Shown here: positions 1 through 9,967 of the stretch, one piece after another | Numbering within the stretch: the stretch's first letter is position 1 | Layout: each line of letters starts with the position of its first letter | Origin: Bergeyella sp. | GTDB taxonomy: Bacteria > Bacteroidota > Bacteroidia > Flavobacteriales > Weeksellaceae | Direction: 5' to 3' | NCBI GenBank assembly: GCA_030263285.1 | Contig: SZYB01000001.1 | Location: 492,911 to 556,910 of the forward strand | DNA: 64,000 nucleotides | The notes under the pieces: generated by a model | The model's input: the letters and a program-made list of their open reading frames with translations, nothing else | Databases searched by the model: none | Told to the model about the DNA's origin: nothing | Translations under genes and position numbers: made by a program

Positions 1-2853
1 ACACTCTATGCTACAGATGCTTCCGTCTACGCAGAAATGCCTTTGGCCGTATGTATGCCCAGTTGTACGGAAGATATTAGAAAACTTATCAAGTTTGCGG
101 AAAAAGAGGTCGTACCCCTTATTCCGAGAGCTGGCGGAACTTCCCTTGCGGGACAAGTGGTAGGGCAAGGGATTGTAGTGGATGTGTCAAAGCACCTGAA
201 TCGGATTTTGGGGTTAGACATTCAAAAACGCCAGGTACGGGTGCAACCAGGGGTCGTACGGGACGAACTCAATTTATTTTTAAAGCCCCACGGACTTTTT
301 TTTGGTCCCGAAACTTCCACAGCAAATCGAGCCACCATAAGCGGAATGGTGGGCAATAATTCTTGTGGTTCCAATTCTGTAGTCTACAAAAGCACGCGGG
401 AACATACGGTAGCCATAAAGGCACTTCTCAGCGATGGATCCGAAGTAGAATTTAATGCCTTGACCTCAGAAGAATTTGACCGTAAATGTGAGGGAAACAG
501 CCTAGAGTCTGAACTGTACCGTCTGACAAAGAAACAGTTAAACAACCCCGAGAACCAACGGGAAATTCTCAAAGAATTTCCCAAGCAAAGCATAGAGCGG
601 AGGAATACGGGATATGCACTGGATTTGTTGCTAAAATCCGCTCCCTTTACCGCCGGAGGGGAAAATTTTAACTTTTGCAAACTGATTTGCGGATCAGAAG
701 GCACCCTGGCCTTTATAACGGAGATCACGCTCGGATTGGAACCCCTGCCTCCTGCCAACAGCGGCTTATTGTGTGTTCATTTCAGTTCTGTAGATGAGGC
801 TCTGAAGGCAAACTTAATCGCACTAAAATATAAACCTTATGCAGTAGAACTAATCGATCATCATATTTTAAAATGTACTCAAGGGAATATAGAACAAACT
901 CAAAATCGTTTTTTTGTAAAGGGCGATCCCAAAGCGTTGCTGATTATCGAATTTTCTGCCCAAGACGAAGACAATATGGAACAAACTCTCAAAGGAGTTG
1001 AACAGGAAATGCAAGCTGCGGGACTGGGATATTATTTCCCATGGGTATCTGGAAACGATACAAAGAAAGTATGGGCATTACGAAAAGCAGGTTTAGGACT
1101 CTTAGGTCATCTGCCCGGTGACAAAAAGGCTGTTCCAGTAATTGAAGACGCCGCTGTAGATGTTTATGATTTGCCCGATTATATACGTGAGATGAATCTG
1201 CTGCTGGATCGATATGGGCTGTATTCTGTGCACTATGCACATGCAGGCTCTGGCGAACTACACCTGCGGCCCGTTCTGAACCTAAAAACCCAAGAGGGAA
1301 ATCACTTATTTCGTGTGATTGCAGAAGAAGTTGCCACTTTGGTAAAAAAATATCAAGGTTCCCTGAGTGGTGAACACGGCGACGGCAGACTCAGAGGAGA
1401 ATTTATTGAGCAGATGATTGGGAAAAAAAATTATGCATTGCTCAAAGAATTAAAAAGTACATGGGATCCGAAATCTGTTTTCAATCCAGGAAAAATTATA
1501 GATACCCCTCCCATGAATACCATGCTTCGGTATGTCCCCGGAGAAAAAACGCCCGAAATCAAAACGATATTTCGGTACAATGGACAGACTATGTTGCAGC
1601 ATATTGAGCAGTGCAACGGCTCGGGAGACTGCCGAAAATCACATTTGTCAGGAGGCACCATGTGTCCGTCCTACATGGCTACCCGAAATGAAAAGGACAC
1701 GACCAGAGCGAGAGCCAATATATTGAGAACTTTCCTGACGAATGTGACAGAAAAAGCCAATTACTTTGATCATCCGGAAATTAGAGAAGTAATGGATTTA
1801 TGCATAAGCTGCAAAGGCTGCAAGTCGGAGTGTCCGTCCAGTGTAGACATGGCAAAACTCAAAGCCGAATTTCTGCAAGGCTACCATGATGCCAATGGAG
1901 TCCCTTTACGCACATGGATCATGGCCAATTTCAGTACGTTATCCAAAATTGGATCGCTCAATCCCCATTTGCATAATTATCTGATCTCACAAAAGACAAT
2001 AGGCAAGTGGATAAAAAAAATACTGGGGATCGCACCCCAAAGAAATTTGCCTACGCTCCAATCTGTTACATTAAAAACTTGGATGAACAGAAATCTTAAA
2101 AAAAACCAGCCCCATACGTACAGAAAAGAAGTCTACTTGTTTTGTGACGAGTTTACCAATTATCTGGACGTAAAAATAGGAATTACCGCCATTGAGCTAC
2201 TGAACCGGCTGGGGTATCGGGTTACTCTTCCCAAGCACAGAGAAAGCGGAAGGGCTAGCATATCCAAGGGTTTATTGCGCAAAGCCAAACAAATTGCAAA
2301 CGACAATGTAAAAAAATTAAATACCATTGTCTCAGAAAACACACCCATGATTGGCATTGAGCCTTCTGCCATTCTTACTTTTAGGGACGAATATCCGGAT
2401 TTAGTAGATGAGCACTTGCTGGAAAGTGCAAAAAAACTAGCAAAAAACAGTCTGTCCATAGAAGAATTCCTGAGTGAGGAGATTAAGGCCGGTCACATAT
2501 CAAAGTCTCAATTTAAGTCCGATACCAAGATCATAAAGCTACACGGACACTGTCAGCAAAAGACATTTGGGTTACACAAGGCTGCAGAACACCTGCTGTC
2601 TTTCCCAGAAAACTACAGGGTAGAGACTATTGCTTCGGGCTGTTGCGGTATGGCAGGGTCTTTTGGCTACGAAAGAGAACACCATAATTTATCAATGCAA
2701 ATTGGAGAACTCGTATTATTCCCCGAAGTAAGAAAACAGCCCGAAGAAGTACTGATTGCAGCATCGGGTACCAGTTGCAGACATCAGATTGAGGAAGGGA
2801 CAGGCAGGAAAGCCCAACATCCCGTCAAAATACTATACGAAGCATTGCTTTAA
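1..2853 (+). CDS. FAD-binding and Fe-S-binding oxidoreductase (GlcD/GlcF-like fusion), 5' partial
   Basis: Frame 1 is open from base 1 (TLYATDASVYAE precedes the listed Met), so the gene starts upstream of the window. It has an FAD-binding N-terminal region (RAGGTSLAGQ) and two Cys clusters typical of 4Fe-4S ferredoxin motifs (CNGSGDCRKS..CPS and CISCKGCKSECPS). The C-terminal part has Cys-rich CCG-like segments (GHCQQK, SGCCGMAG). Confidence 0.85.
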   Translation, partial: TLYATDASVYAEMPLAVCMPSCTEDIRKLIKFAEKEVVPLIPRAGGTSLAGQVVGQGIVVDVSKHLNRILGLDIQKRQVRVQPGVVRDELNLFLKPHGLFFGPETSTANRATISGMVGNNSCGSNSVVYKSTREHTVAIKALLSDGSEVEFNALTSEEFDRKCEGNSLESELYRLTKKQLNNPENQREILKEFPKQSIERRNTGYALDLLLKSAPFTAGGENFNFCKLICGSEGTLAFITEITLGLEPLPPANSGLLCVHFSSVDEALKANLIALKYKPYAVELIDHHILKCTQGNIEQTQNRFFVKGDPKALLIIEFSAQDEDNMEQTLKGVEQEMQAAGLGYYFPWVSGNDTKKVWALRKAGLGLLGHLPGDKKAVPVIEDAAVDVYDLPDYIREMNLLLDRYGLYSVHYAHAGSGELHLRPVLNLKTQEGNHLFRVIAEEVATLVKKYQGSLSGEHGDGRLRGEFIEQMIGKKNYALLKELKSTWDPKSVFNPGKIIDTPPMNTMLRYVPGEKTPEIKTIFRYNGQTMLQHIEQCNGSGDCRKSHLSGGTMCPSYMATRNEKDTTRARANILRTFLTNVTEKANYFDHPEIREVMDLCISCKGCKSECPSSVDMAKLKAEFLQGYHDANGVPLRTWIMANFSTLSKIGSLNPHLHNYLISQKTIGKWIKKILGIAPQRNLPTLQSVTLKTWMNRNLKKNQPHTYRKEVYLFCDEFTNYLDVKIGITAIELLNRLGYRVTLPKHRESGRASISKGLLRKAKQIANDNVKKLNTIVSENTPMIGIEPSAILTFRDEYPDLVDEHLLESAKKLAKNSLSIEEFLSEEIKAGHISKSQFKSDTKIIKLHGHCQQKTFGLHKAAEHLLSFPENYRVETIASGCCGMAGSFGYEREHHNLSMQIGELVLFPEVRKQPEEVLIAASGTSCRHQIEEGTGRKAQHPVKILYEALL

Positions 2854-2980
2854 ATCTTAACCATCCCTCCTTACAGGGTACGCAAGATACAAAAATGCCT
2901 CCATTGGAAACATCAGAAAATGCGGAGTCTGTTACTAACCTTGAGACAAGCCTCTCTGTTGTTCTACCACCAAAACATCA

Positions 2981-4501
2981 TTACTGAAGAACATCCAATT
3001 CTTCATTATAAACAGGACTTTGTACCCCCAAAAAATTTAGAACGCTATGAAAAACATAACTTTGGGATAATATGCTGTTGGGTTTAAGCTGTTTTTTATC
3101 ATCAGAAAACCACACTAAAAACGGAATTTCATACTGCTCTTTTGGGGCAATACTAAGTGGAATCCCGTGCATGTAGAAATTTTTTTCCCCCAAAGACTCT
3201 CCATGATCTGAGACATAAAGCATCATACTTTTATAGTCATTCAGCTCTTTCAGCTCCTTGATCAGACTGTACAGGATATAATCTGTGTAGACAATGGTAT
3301 TATCATAAGCATTGATCAACTCCTGATGAGAACAGTTTCCCAATTCTACACTATTACAAACAGGCTTAAAAATCTCAAATCTTGAGGGATATTTCTTACT
3401 GTAAGTAGGACCGTGGCTCGTACTGGTGTGCAAGACAACAAAAATTTTATTTTTATCGCTCGCTAATATCTGCTCTTTCAATCCCCTAAGAAGAACTTCA
3501 TCATAGTCACAACCTTCCCCCTTACAATCCGGAGTAAGCTCTTCCCTCGTCTGATAATTTTTAATATGCACGGGTGGCTCACCCCAGTTTGTCGTTCTCC
3601 ATATGACCTCCACATTATTTCTGTACAAATAATTGGGCAAAATCTCATATAAGGCATCGGTATTTTTATGTTCCAAAATACATTTTACCCCGGCTGTAGT
3701 ATACGTTGCGCAAGAATTAGCCCTAAAAACGGATAAATTTTGCACTCCGGAAAGCAAAGGATTGGTATTTCTCTTGTAGCCGTACAAAGAAAAATTCTGA
3801 CTTCTCGCCGACTCCCCTATCACCAAAACCACAACGGATTTTTCATTGTCCTTTATAATAGCATTAGATAGCAAGATTTCTTTTTTATTCTTTTGATAAT
3901 GATGAATATAAAAAAGAGACATGTTGACAGAATAGGACCAAGGCATTGCCAATCCCCCTAACGTCTTTGAATTTTTATCAATCCATAACCAATGGCTTGC
4001 ATTTGCAAATACTAGAACTACAATAATTACAAGGGAAAGAGAAGAGGTAAGCAAAAATTTTTTAAACGTTACCTTCATAATATTCACTCTTATGATATAA
4101 ATGCTAGGAAGAATTCCCAAAAGAATAAGATAAACCAATAATTTTACAGAAAAAAAACTACTGGATTCTTCATAATTGGTATTCAATATATTGCCTATCA
4201 TAGACTCATCTATTATAACACCATAAGTATTAATAAAATATACCGCAATGGAGTTTATAATAAAAAATAAAACCAATAGCAATTTCCCTATAAAACGCGA
4301 TAAAAAAAATAGCATATAAATCACAAAGTAGTTGACCACCAACATGATAATCACCAAACATGCAACGAGAATAAAGCCCTTGAACGTTTTATAATCTACA
4401 TTGTCAAAAACAAAAGAGAAAAAAGGAAAATGAAAAAACAAGAGGTTGAGAAAACTTACCTGCCATGAAAAACCCGATAATTTTTGACTATTCTTCAACA
4501 T
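2981..4501 (-). CDS. eptA: phosphoethanolamine transferase, EptA/sulfatase family (lipid A or other LPS target)
   Basis: About 5 N-terminal TM helices are followed by a sulfatase-fold domain with VLVIGESARSQNFSLYGY, HTSTSHGPTYSKKYP, YDNTIVYTDY and VSDHGESLGE. ATG start at 4499-4501. Confidence 0.8.
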   Translation of the reverse strand: MLKNSQKLSGFSWQVSFLNLLFFHFPFFSFVFDNVDYKTFKGFILVACLVIIMLVVNYFVIYMLFFLSRFIGKLLLVLFFIINSIAVYFINTYGVIIDESMIGNILNTNYEESSSFFSVKLLVYLILLGILPSIYIIRVNIMKVTFKKFLLTSSLSLVIIVVLVFANASHWLWIDKNSKTLGGLAMPWSYSVNMSLFYIHHYQKNKKEILLSNAIIKDNEKSVVVLVIGESARSQNFSLYGYKRNTNPLLSGVQNLSVFRANSCATYTTAGVKCILEHKNTDALYEILPNYLYRNNVEVIWRTTNWGEPPVHIKNYQTREELTPDCKGEGCDYDEVLLRGLKEQILASDKNKIFVVLHTSTSHGPTYSKKYPSRFEIFKPVCNSVELGNCSHQELINAYDNTIVYTDYILYSLIKELKELNDYKSMMLYVSDHGESLGEKNFYMHGIPLSIAPKEQYEIPFLVWFSDDKKQLKPNSILSQSYVFHSVLNFLGVQSPVYNEELDVLQ

Positions 4502-5306
4502 ACTTTCTAGCGATAATATAAAGCGAAATCATCAGACCCGCCAATGAGATATAGAATATGACTAAATTCTCATTAGTTATCCTGTTCAGGGTAAGCACAA
4601 TACCAATTACAAATAGCACAATAAAAACAGGATAATATTTTTTATTATTTACCCAAGCACACAGTTTGTGCTTTTGATTGATAAAAATGCCGAGTACTCC
4701 GGATAAATAACCAATAATACTCCCTATAGTGATATCCAGAGGATAATGAGCACCCACACCCACTCTGGTGGATACCAAAATGAATCCTACCACAAAAACA
4801 ACGCTGTACCACATTATCTTATAGATGAGTTTTCTTGGCATGAATGCAAATAACACAACAGTAAGTATGGTGGAAATGGTAATAGAGTGTCCAGAAGGCA
4901 AGCTGTTATGTCCAGTCAATGTCTTTCCTATAATTACGAAGCTGTTATGATCAAACACGGCAGCAGGTCTGGGAACTGCAAACAATTCTTTTAAAACAAC
5001 AGAACATACCGTCGAAACCAATAGTGCAGAGAGTAAGTTTTCCCATATTGCAGGAATGTACACAATGAAAACAGAGAGAAGTGACAAAATAACCAGTGCA
5101 TCCCCCAACTGCGTAAGATTGTATTCCAAGACAGGATATTGAGATAATTTTGAATTGAGAAAAAGAAAAGTATTTTTTTGAATTTGCACATATGATCCCG
5201 TAGACAAAGCGTCATATTCATAAAGAAACAGAATAACAAAAGAAAGCAGTACCACGGGGAAATAAAGTAACGAAAGTCTAATTTTTTTAAAGTTATCTGT
5301 CACCAT
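4488..5306 (-). CDS. PAP2-family membrane phosphatase (LpxE/LpxF-like lipid phosphatase candidate)
   Basis: All three acid-phosphatase motifs are present: KELFAVPRP (Kx6RP), LPSGHS (PSGH) and RVGVGAHYPLD (Rx5Hx3D). The protein is polytopic. Its stop overlaps the eptA start by 14 nt. Confidence 0.75.
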   Translation of the reverse strand: MVTDNFKKIRLSLLYFPVVLLSFVILFLYEYDALSTGSYVQIQKNTFLFLNSKLSQYPVLEYNLTQLGDALVILSLLSVFIVYIPAIWENLLSALLVSTVCSVVLKELFAVPRPAAVFDHNSFVIIGKTLTGHNSLPSGHSITISTILTVVLFAFMPRKLIYKIMWYSVVFVVGFILVSTRVGVGAHYPLDITIGSIIGYLSGVLGIFINQKHKLCAWVNNKKYYPVFIVLFVIGIVLTLNRITNENLVIFYISLAGLMISLYIIARKYVEE

Positions 5307-5537
5307 CTCTGGAATTAAGTTAAAATTAGAGGTTGAAAAATTAAGCCCGGAATTTATATTCTAAAAATAAATTGAAGATAAAGAGAAGATAGATTACCTC
5401 ACACCTCATGACCCTTTGTTATCCTTCTGCTATATCCAGAAGAAACAAAAGAGAAAAAAATAAAAAATACCCAAAAATTCACTCGGGAGAACCCAACTGC
5501 TCTTGTCAATTATTTTTTTGAATACTTTCTCAACATT

Positions 5538-7028
5538 TTAGGTAAACATCTTTACCTGCTCTCCTCTGCTCACAGGATATTTTTCTGTAAAACAACCAAA
5601 ACAATGATCAGAATTACCCAAAATAATTTCTAGATTTTGCATGCTCAGAAACTCCAAGGAACTTACGCCCAAATATTCTCTTAATTCTTCTTTATTGAGA
5701 TTTGCAGAAATAAGATCATCCTTGGAAGGGGTATCTATACCCAGAAAACAAGGAGCAATGATGGGCGGAGATACACTTCTAAAATGTATTTCTTTTACCC
5801 CTGCATCTTTAAGTATCTTCACCAGCCTTTTTGAGGTGGTGCCTCTCACAATGGAGTCGTCTATTATAACTACTCTTTTTCCTCTGATTTCTGAAATGAT
5901 AGGGTTGAGCTTTAGGTTGACAATTCGCTCCCGCATTTCTTGGGTGGGGACTATAAAACTCCTTCCTATATATCTGTTTTTAATAAGAACGGGCTGAAAG
6001 GGAATACCGGAAGCCCTTGAAAACCCAATTGCAGCAGGAACTCCAGAGTCCGGAACCCCTATCACCATATCTGCCTCCACAGGACTTTGCTCCCATATTT
6101 TAACCCCCGATTTTTCACGAACCTCGTATATGTTCGTACCCTCCAAATTTGTATCCGGTCGAGCAAAATAGATGTATTCAAAAGCACAAATTCTGTTTCT
6201 GTTTTCTGCTTCCACAACATAAGACTGTAGCTGAGATCCCCCCTCGGAAGTATACACAATCTCCCCAGGGATCATATCCCTCCAATATTTTGCTCCTACC
6301 GCATCCAAAGCAGCTGTTTCAGATGCAGCCACTATGGTCCTGTCCTCTATGATACCCAGGACAAGTGGTCGGATACCGTTAGGATCCCTGAATGCAAAAA
6401 ACCTGTTACGTGTCATTCCCACTACAGAATAAGCCCCTTCTATCTTATCCATAGTAGCCTTTACAGCATTTTTTATCCCTAGATCTAAATTTTTCTGGAT
6501 AAGCCTGAGGATCACTTCGGTATCCGAAGTCGCCTTAAAGGTAACCCCCTCGAATTCCAGCGATTTTCTCAGCTCCCTGGCATTGGTCAAGTTCCCGTTA
6601 TGTGCTACAGACAATATAATTTGATCCCACTCATTTTTGGCAAAAAACGGCTGAAAATTGTATTTTTTTTTATCACCCGCCGTGGTATACCTTGTGTGAC
6701 CTATCACACTGTTTCCCATAAAACTTTTAGGTTCCCTAATCCCTTTGAAAACATCCAGTACCAAACCTTCGGATTTTATGTTTTCTATTTTTCCGTCCTT
6801 CATAACAGAGATCCCACATGCCTCTTGGCCCCTGTGCTGAAGAGCAAAAAGACCGAACTGAGAAAGCGAAAAAGTATCCACTTTATCTTCCGAATACAAT
6901 CCGAAAATACCGCACTCTTCGGCAGGGGCATCCACTCGCTCTTCTTCCAAAGTCCGTAAAAGATTTCTACCATACCCTCTCTGTTTAATCTCCTTTTTAT
7001 AGTTATCTTCCAATGTTTTTATATTCAT
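5538..7028 (-). CDS. purF: amidophosphoribosyltransferase
   Basis: CGIFGL nucleophile Cys after an N-terminal propeptide, PRTase motif VVIIDDSIVRGTT, and 496 aa length. Confidence 0.92.
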   Translation of the reverse strand: MNIKTLEDNYKKEIKQRGYGRNLLRTLEEERVDAPAEECGIFGLYSEDKVDTFSLSQFGLFALQHRGQEACGISVMKDGKIENIKSEGLVLDVFKGIREPKSFMGNSVIGHTRYTTAGDKKKYNFQPFFAKNEWDQIILSVAHNGNLTNARELRKSLEFEGVTFKATSDTEVILRLIQKNLDLGIKNAVKATMDKIEGAYSVVGMTRNRFFAFRDPNGIRPLVLGIIEDRTIVAASETAALDAVGAKYWRDMIPGEIVYTSEGGSQLQSYVVEAENRNRICAFEYIYFARPDTNLEGTNIYEVREKSGVKIWEQSPVEADMVIGVPDSGVPAAIGFSRASGIPFQPVLIKNRYIGRSFIVPTQEMRERIVNLKLNPIISEIRGKRVVIIDDSIVRGTTSKRLVKILKDAGVKEIHFRSVSPPIIAPCFLGIDTPSKDDLISANLNKEELREYLGVSSLEFLSMQNLEIILGNSDHCFGCFTEKYPVSRGEQVKMFT

Positions 7029-7100
7029 TATTCTTAAAAAATGACAGAAAAAACGTTATAAATTTACCTTGAAATCTCTCTCCTTATAATCAAGAACACT

Positions 7101-7823
7101 CTACTTTTCCAATACTTTTTTCAATCTCTCATAGATTTCTACATATGCCTCCGTTACTTCTCCCAAATCTCTCCTAAATCTATCTTTATCCAATTTTTTC
7201 AGTGTCTTTTTATCCCAAAGTCTACAAGTATCGGGAGAAATTTCGTCTGCCAAAATTATTTGGTTTCGGGTGGTTTTCCCCAACTCTATCTTAAAATCCA
7301 CCAAAATAATATCTATTCTGTCAAAAAGCTCCTTGAGTGCATCATTGATACGGGAAGCAAGGGTATACATCATTTCGAGATCCTCATGACTTGCCACTCC
7401 CAAAAAAATGGCATGATGATCATTGATAAGCGGATCTCCCAGCTCATCTTTTTTATAACAAATTTCAAAAATTGTCTCCGGACAAGGTACCCCCTCTTCT
7501 ACACCCAAGCGCTTTGCCATACTCCCTGCCGCATAATTTCTCACAATTACCTCCAAAGGAACAATCGATACTTTTCTCACCCTTTGCTCCCTGTTGTTCA
7601 GCTTCTCTATAAAATGCGTTTCGATGCCTTTTTTTCCCAAATATTCGTAAACGAGTGCAGTAATAGCATTATTCATCTTTCCTTTTTGTTCCACCCGACC
7701 TTTTTTTTGTGCATTAAAGGCAGTGGCATCATCTTTGAAAAATACAATAACCGTTTCCGGATCACCCGTCTCATAAATTTGCTTGGCTTTTCCTTCGTAA
7801 AGCAATGCTTTCTTATCACCCAT
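7101..7823 (-). CDS. purC: phosphoribosylaminoimidazole-succinocarboxamide (SAICAR) synthase
   Basis: [11 protein letters not shown]-terminus and [14 protein letters not shown] motif; lies downstream of purF on the same strand. Confidence 0.92.
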   Translation of the reverse strand: MGDKKALLYEGKAKQIYETGDPETVIVFFKDDATAFNAQKKGRVEQKGKMNNAITALVYEYLGKKGIETHFIEKLNNREQRVRKVSIVPLEVIVRNYAAGSMAKRLGVEEGVPCPETIFEICYKKDELGDPLINDHHAIFLGVASHEDLEMMYTLASRINDALKELFDRIDIILVDFKIELGKTTRNQIILADEISPDTCRLWDKKTLKKLDKDRFRRDLGEVTEAYVEIYERLKKVLEK

Positions 7824-8301
7824 TATTTTGACAGGATATATTTTGTCTAGAACTATACATTTTATTTATAAAACTACGACTTGCCTTCACAGTCAAATCA
7901 AACAAGAAGACAAAACGTAATGCACAACCCACTTTTTCCAAAAAACTTCCCTGTGCTATTTGATACAAAATACCATGAAAGTTTTCATTCATTGTCAAAG
8001 TCACCCGCCGCACAAAGGTAAACAAATTCCTTTTACCATATACACCCAGTTCCAACAGCAAATAAATGTATATTTCAAAAATGAACTTCGTTCATCTGAC
8101 AAAGATATCGTTACCTGATTCATTTTAGCATTAAACTTCTGGGTATCTTTGTCCAACCATGCTCTTTGTTTAACATTTTGTTTGAGCTATATACTCTTCC
8201 CTAATGCTTTATGGCAAATCTTGGATTATCAACCTAAAATTTTTATATCTAAGGTTTTTTGTACATTGAGACTCCACTCAATTTCAATAAAATACCACAA
8301 A

Positions 8302-9432
8302 ATGGATAAAGAAAACGAAAAAATAATACGAGAAACAGCGAGAAATTTTTCGGTAAAGAATATTTTGCCTTATATAATGAAATGGGACGAAGCCCAGACC
8401 TTCCCCAAAGAGTTGTTCCCAAAACTGGGAGAGATAGGGTTTACCGGTATCTTGATCCCGGAAATTTACGGAGGCTCCGCACTGGGCTATCTGGAATACG
8501 TCTCAATCATAGATGAGCTGGCACAGGCAGATCCCTCCATAGGGCTTTCTGTGGCCGCTCATAATTCTTTGTGTACCCACCATATTTATGAGTTTGGTAA
8601 CGAGGAGCAAAAAAAGAAATGGCTTCCCCACCTTGCCTCCGGAAAAACCCCGGGAGCATGGGCCCTTACCGAGCACAATACGGGCTCCGACTCTGCGGCA
8701 ATGAGTACAACAGCCCAAAAGGACGGAAACCACTGGATACTGAATGGAGCCAAAAACTTTATTACCCATGCTATCTCTGGAGAAATCGCCGTTGTTATTG
8801 CAAGAACCGGAGAAAAAAATACCCGAAATAATGCGACTGCCTTTGTGGTAGAGAAAGGAACAAAAGGCTTTTCTTCGGGGAAAAAAGAAAACAAACTCGG
8901 TATGCGTGCCTCAGAGACGGCAGAACTTATTCTAGACAACGTCCGAATACCGGACAGTCATCGTTTGGGAGAAACAGGAACAGGGTTTAAACAAGCGATG
9001 AAAATTTTGGATGGAGGAAGAATTTCTATCGCCGCCCTGAGTGTGGGAATTGCAAAAGGCGCCTACAAAGCCGCCCTAAAATACTCCCGGGAGAGACATC
9101 AGTTTGGAAAACCTATTCAGGATTTTCAGGCTATCAGATTTATGCTTGCCGATATGGCCACACAAATAGAAGCTGCAGAGCTACTCACACAAAGAGCAGC
9201 CACCCTCAAAAATGCCAATAAAAAAATGACCAAAGAAGGGGCCATGGCCAAGTTATTTGCTTCCGAGACCTGCGTAAAAGTAGCCAATCATGCACTGCAG
9301 ATTTTTGGAGGCTATGGTTACACAAAAGATTTTCCTGCGGAAAAATACTACAGAGATGCCAAGCTCTGTACAATAGGAGAAGGAACTTCAGAAATCCAGC
9401 GTCTTATAATTGGCAGAGAAATATGTCATTAA
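8302..9432 (+). CDS. acyl-CoA dehydrogenase
   Basis: GAWALTEHNTGSDS, QIFGGYGYTKDFPAEKYYRDAK and IGEGTSEIQ motifs. The ORF-track start at 8149 is a TTG extension with a non-homologous N-terminus. The first ATG (MDKENEKII) at 8302 gives a typical 376 aa. Confidence 0.9.
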   Translation: MDKENEKIIRETARNFSVKNILPYIMKWDEAQTFPKELFPKLGEIGFTGILIPEIYGGSALGYLEYVSIIDELAQADPSIGLSVAAHNSLCTHHIYEFGNEEQKKKWLPHLASGKTPGAWALTEHNTGSDSAAMSTTAQKDGNHWILNGAKNFITHAISGEIAVVIARTGEKNTRNNATAFVVEKGTKGFSSGKKENKLGMRASETAELILDNVRIPDSHRLGETGTGFKQAMKILDGGRISIAALSVGIAKGAYKAALKYSRERHQFGKPIQDFQAIRFMLADMATQIEAAELLTQRAATLKNANKKMTKEGAMAKLFASETCVKVANHALQIFGGYGYTKDFPAEKYYRDAKLCTIGEGTSEIQRLIIGREICH

Positions 9433-9449
9433 TTTTTCTTTTTTGTCTC

Positions 9450-9457
9450 TATATTTG
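9450..9457 (+). promoter_or_regulatory. Bacteroidota sigma-A type -7 box (TATATTTG = TAnnTTTG)
   Basis: Exact TAnnTTTG match 34 nt upstream of the GTG start at 9491. Confidence 0.45.
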
Positions 9458-9490
9458 CATTTATAATCATACATCAACAGCAGCTCACAA

Positions 9491-9967
9491 GTGAAAAAAA
9501 TAGACAGTCTCAATCAGGTGGCAGAATTTCATACTACCTTTGACTCTCCCATTCTCACAAACCCGGAAATTCCCTCCGATGACAGGGCAGCGTTACGTGT
9601 AAAGCTGCTCCAAGAAGAGTTGGACGAACTAAAGGAAGCTATAGAAAAAAAAAACTTGGTAGAAGTGGCAGATGCCCTCTGCGACTTGCAGTATGTACTG
9701 AGCGGTGCTGTGCTAGAATTCGGACTAGGGGATGTATTCGTTTCTCTTTTCAACGAAGTACACCGGTCTAATATGTCCAAAGCTTGTCTGTCTGAGGAAG
9801 AAGCCGAAAAGACAATAAAACACTATAAAGAAAAAGGGGAAGATGCGTATGCCAAAAAATCCGGAGAAAAATTCAATGTATACAGAATCTCCGATAAAAA
9901 AATACTAAAAAGCATTGATTATTCTCCTGCAGACCTTAAATCTATACTTAGCAGCTCTCAAAAATGA
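9491..9967 (+). CDS. MazG-like all-alpha nucleoside triphosphate pyrophosphohydrolase family protein
   Basis: EExxE-type metal-binding motif (LQEELDELKEAIE) followed by ADALCDLQYV, as in MazG/HisE-like NTP-PPases. 158 aa with a GTG start. Confidence 0.6.
   Translation: MKKIDSLNQVAEFHTTFDSPILTNPEIPSDDRAALRVKLLQEELDELKEAIEKKNLVEVADALCDLQYVLSGAVLEFGLGDVFVSLFNEVHRSNMSKACLSEEEAEKTIKHYKEKGEDAYAKKSGEKFNVYRISDKKILKSIDYSPADLKSILSSSQK

Noticed and set aside
7260-7850. 196-aa ORF antisense to purC.
   Set aside because: It is fully contained in the strongly supported purC gene on the other strand. Its composition is low-complexity and I see no motifs. The same reasoning applies to 38906-39544 (antisense to ffh), 36137-36478 (antisense to atpF), 10003-10425, 13273-13686, 61558-62064 and the other antisense ORFs on the track.
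7816-8061. 81-aa ORF upstream of and overlapping the purC start.
   Set aside because: It has no recognisable motif and overlaps the purC start codon region. The 7.85-8.30 kb spacer may simply hold divergent promoters, and I cannot support a gene call here.
8144-8151. TATCTTTG box considered as the acyl-CoA dehydrogenase promoter.
   Set aside because: The motif matches TAnnTTTG but lies about 150 nt upstream of the preferred ATG and overlaps the rejected TTG start. It is too uncertain to list as a feature.
8149-8301. N-terminal extensions produced by TTG/GTG starts on the ORF track (acyl-CoA dehydrogenase here; also 17370, 21768, 35552, 36113, 38198, 41579, 49678 and 54560).
   Set aside because: The extended residues are non-homologous or hydrophobic junk, and some overlap the upstream gene. 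The first ATG matches the family N-terminus in each case.
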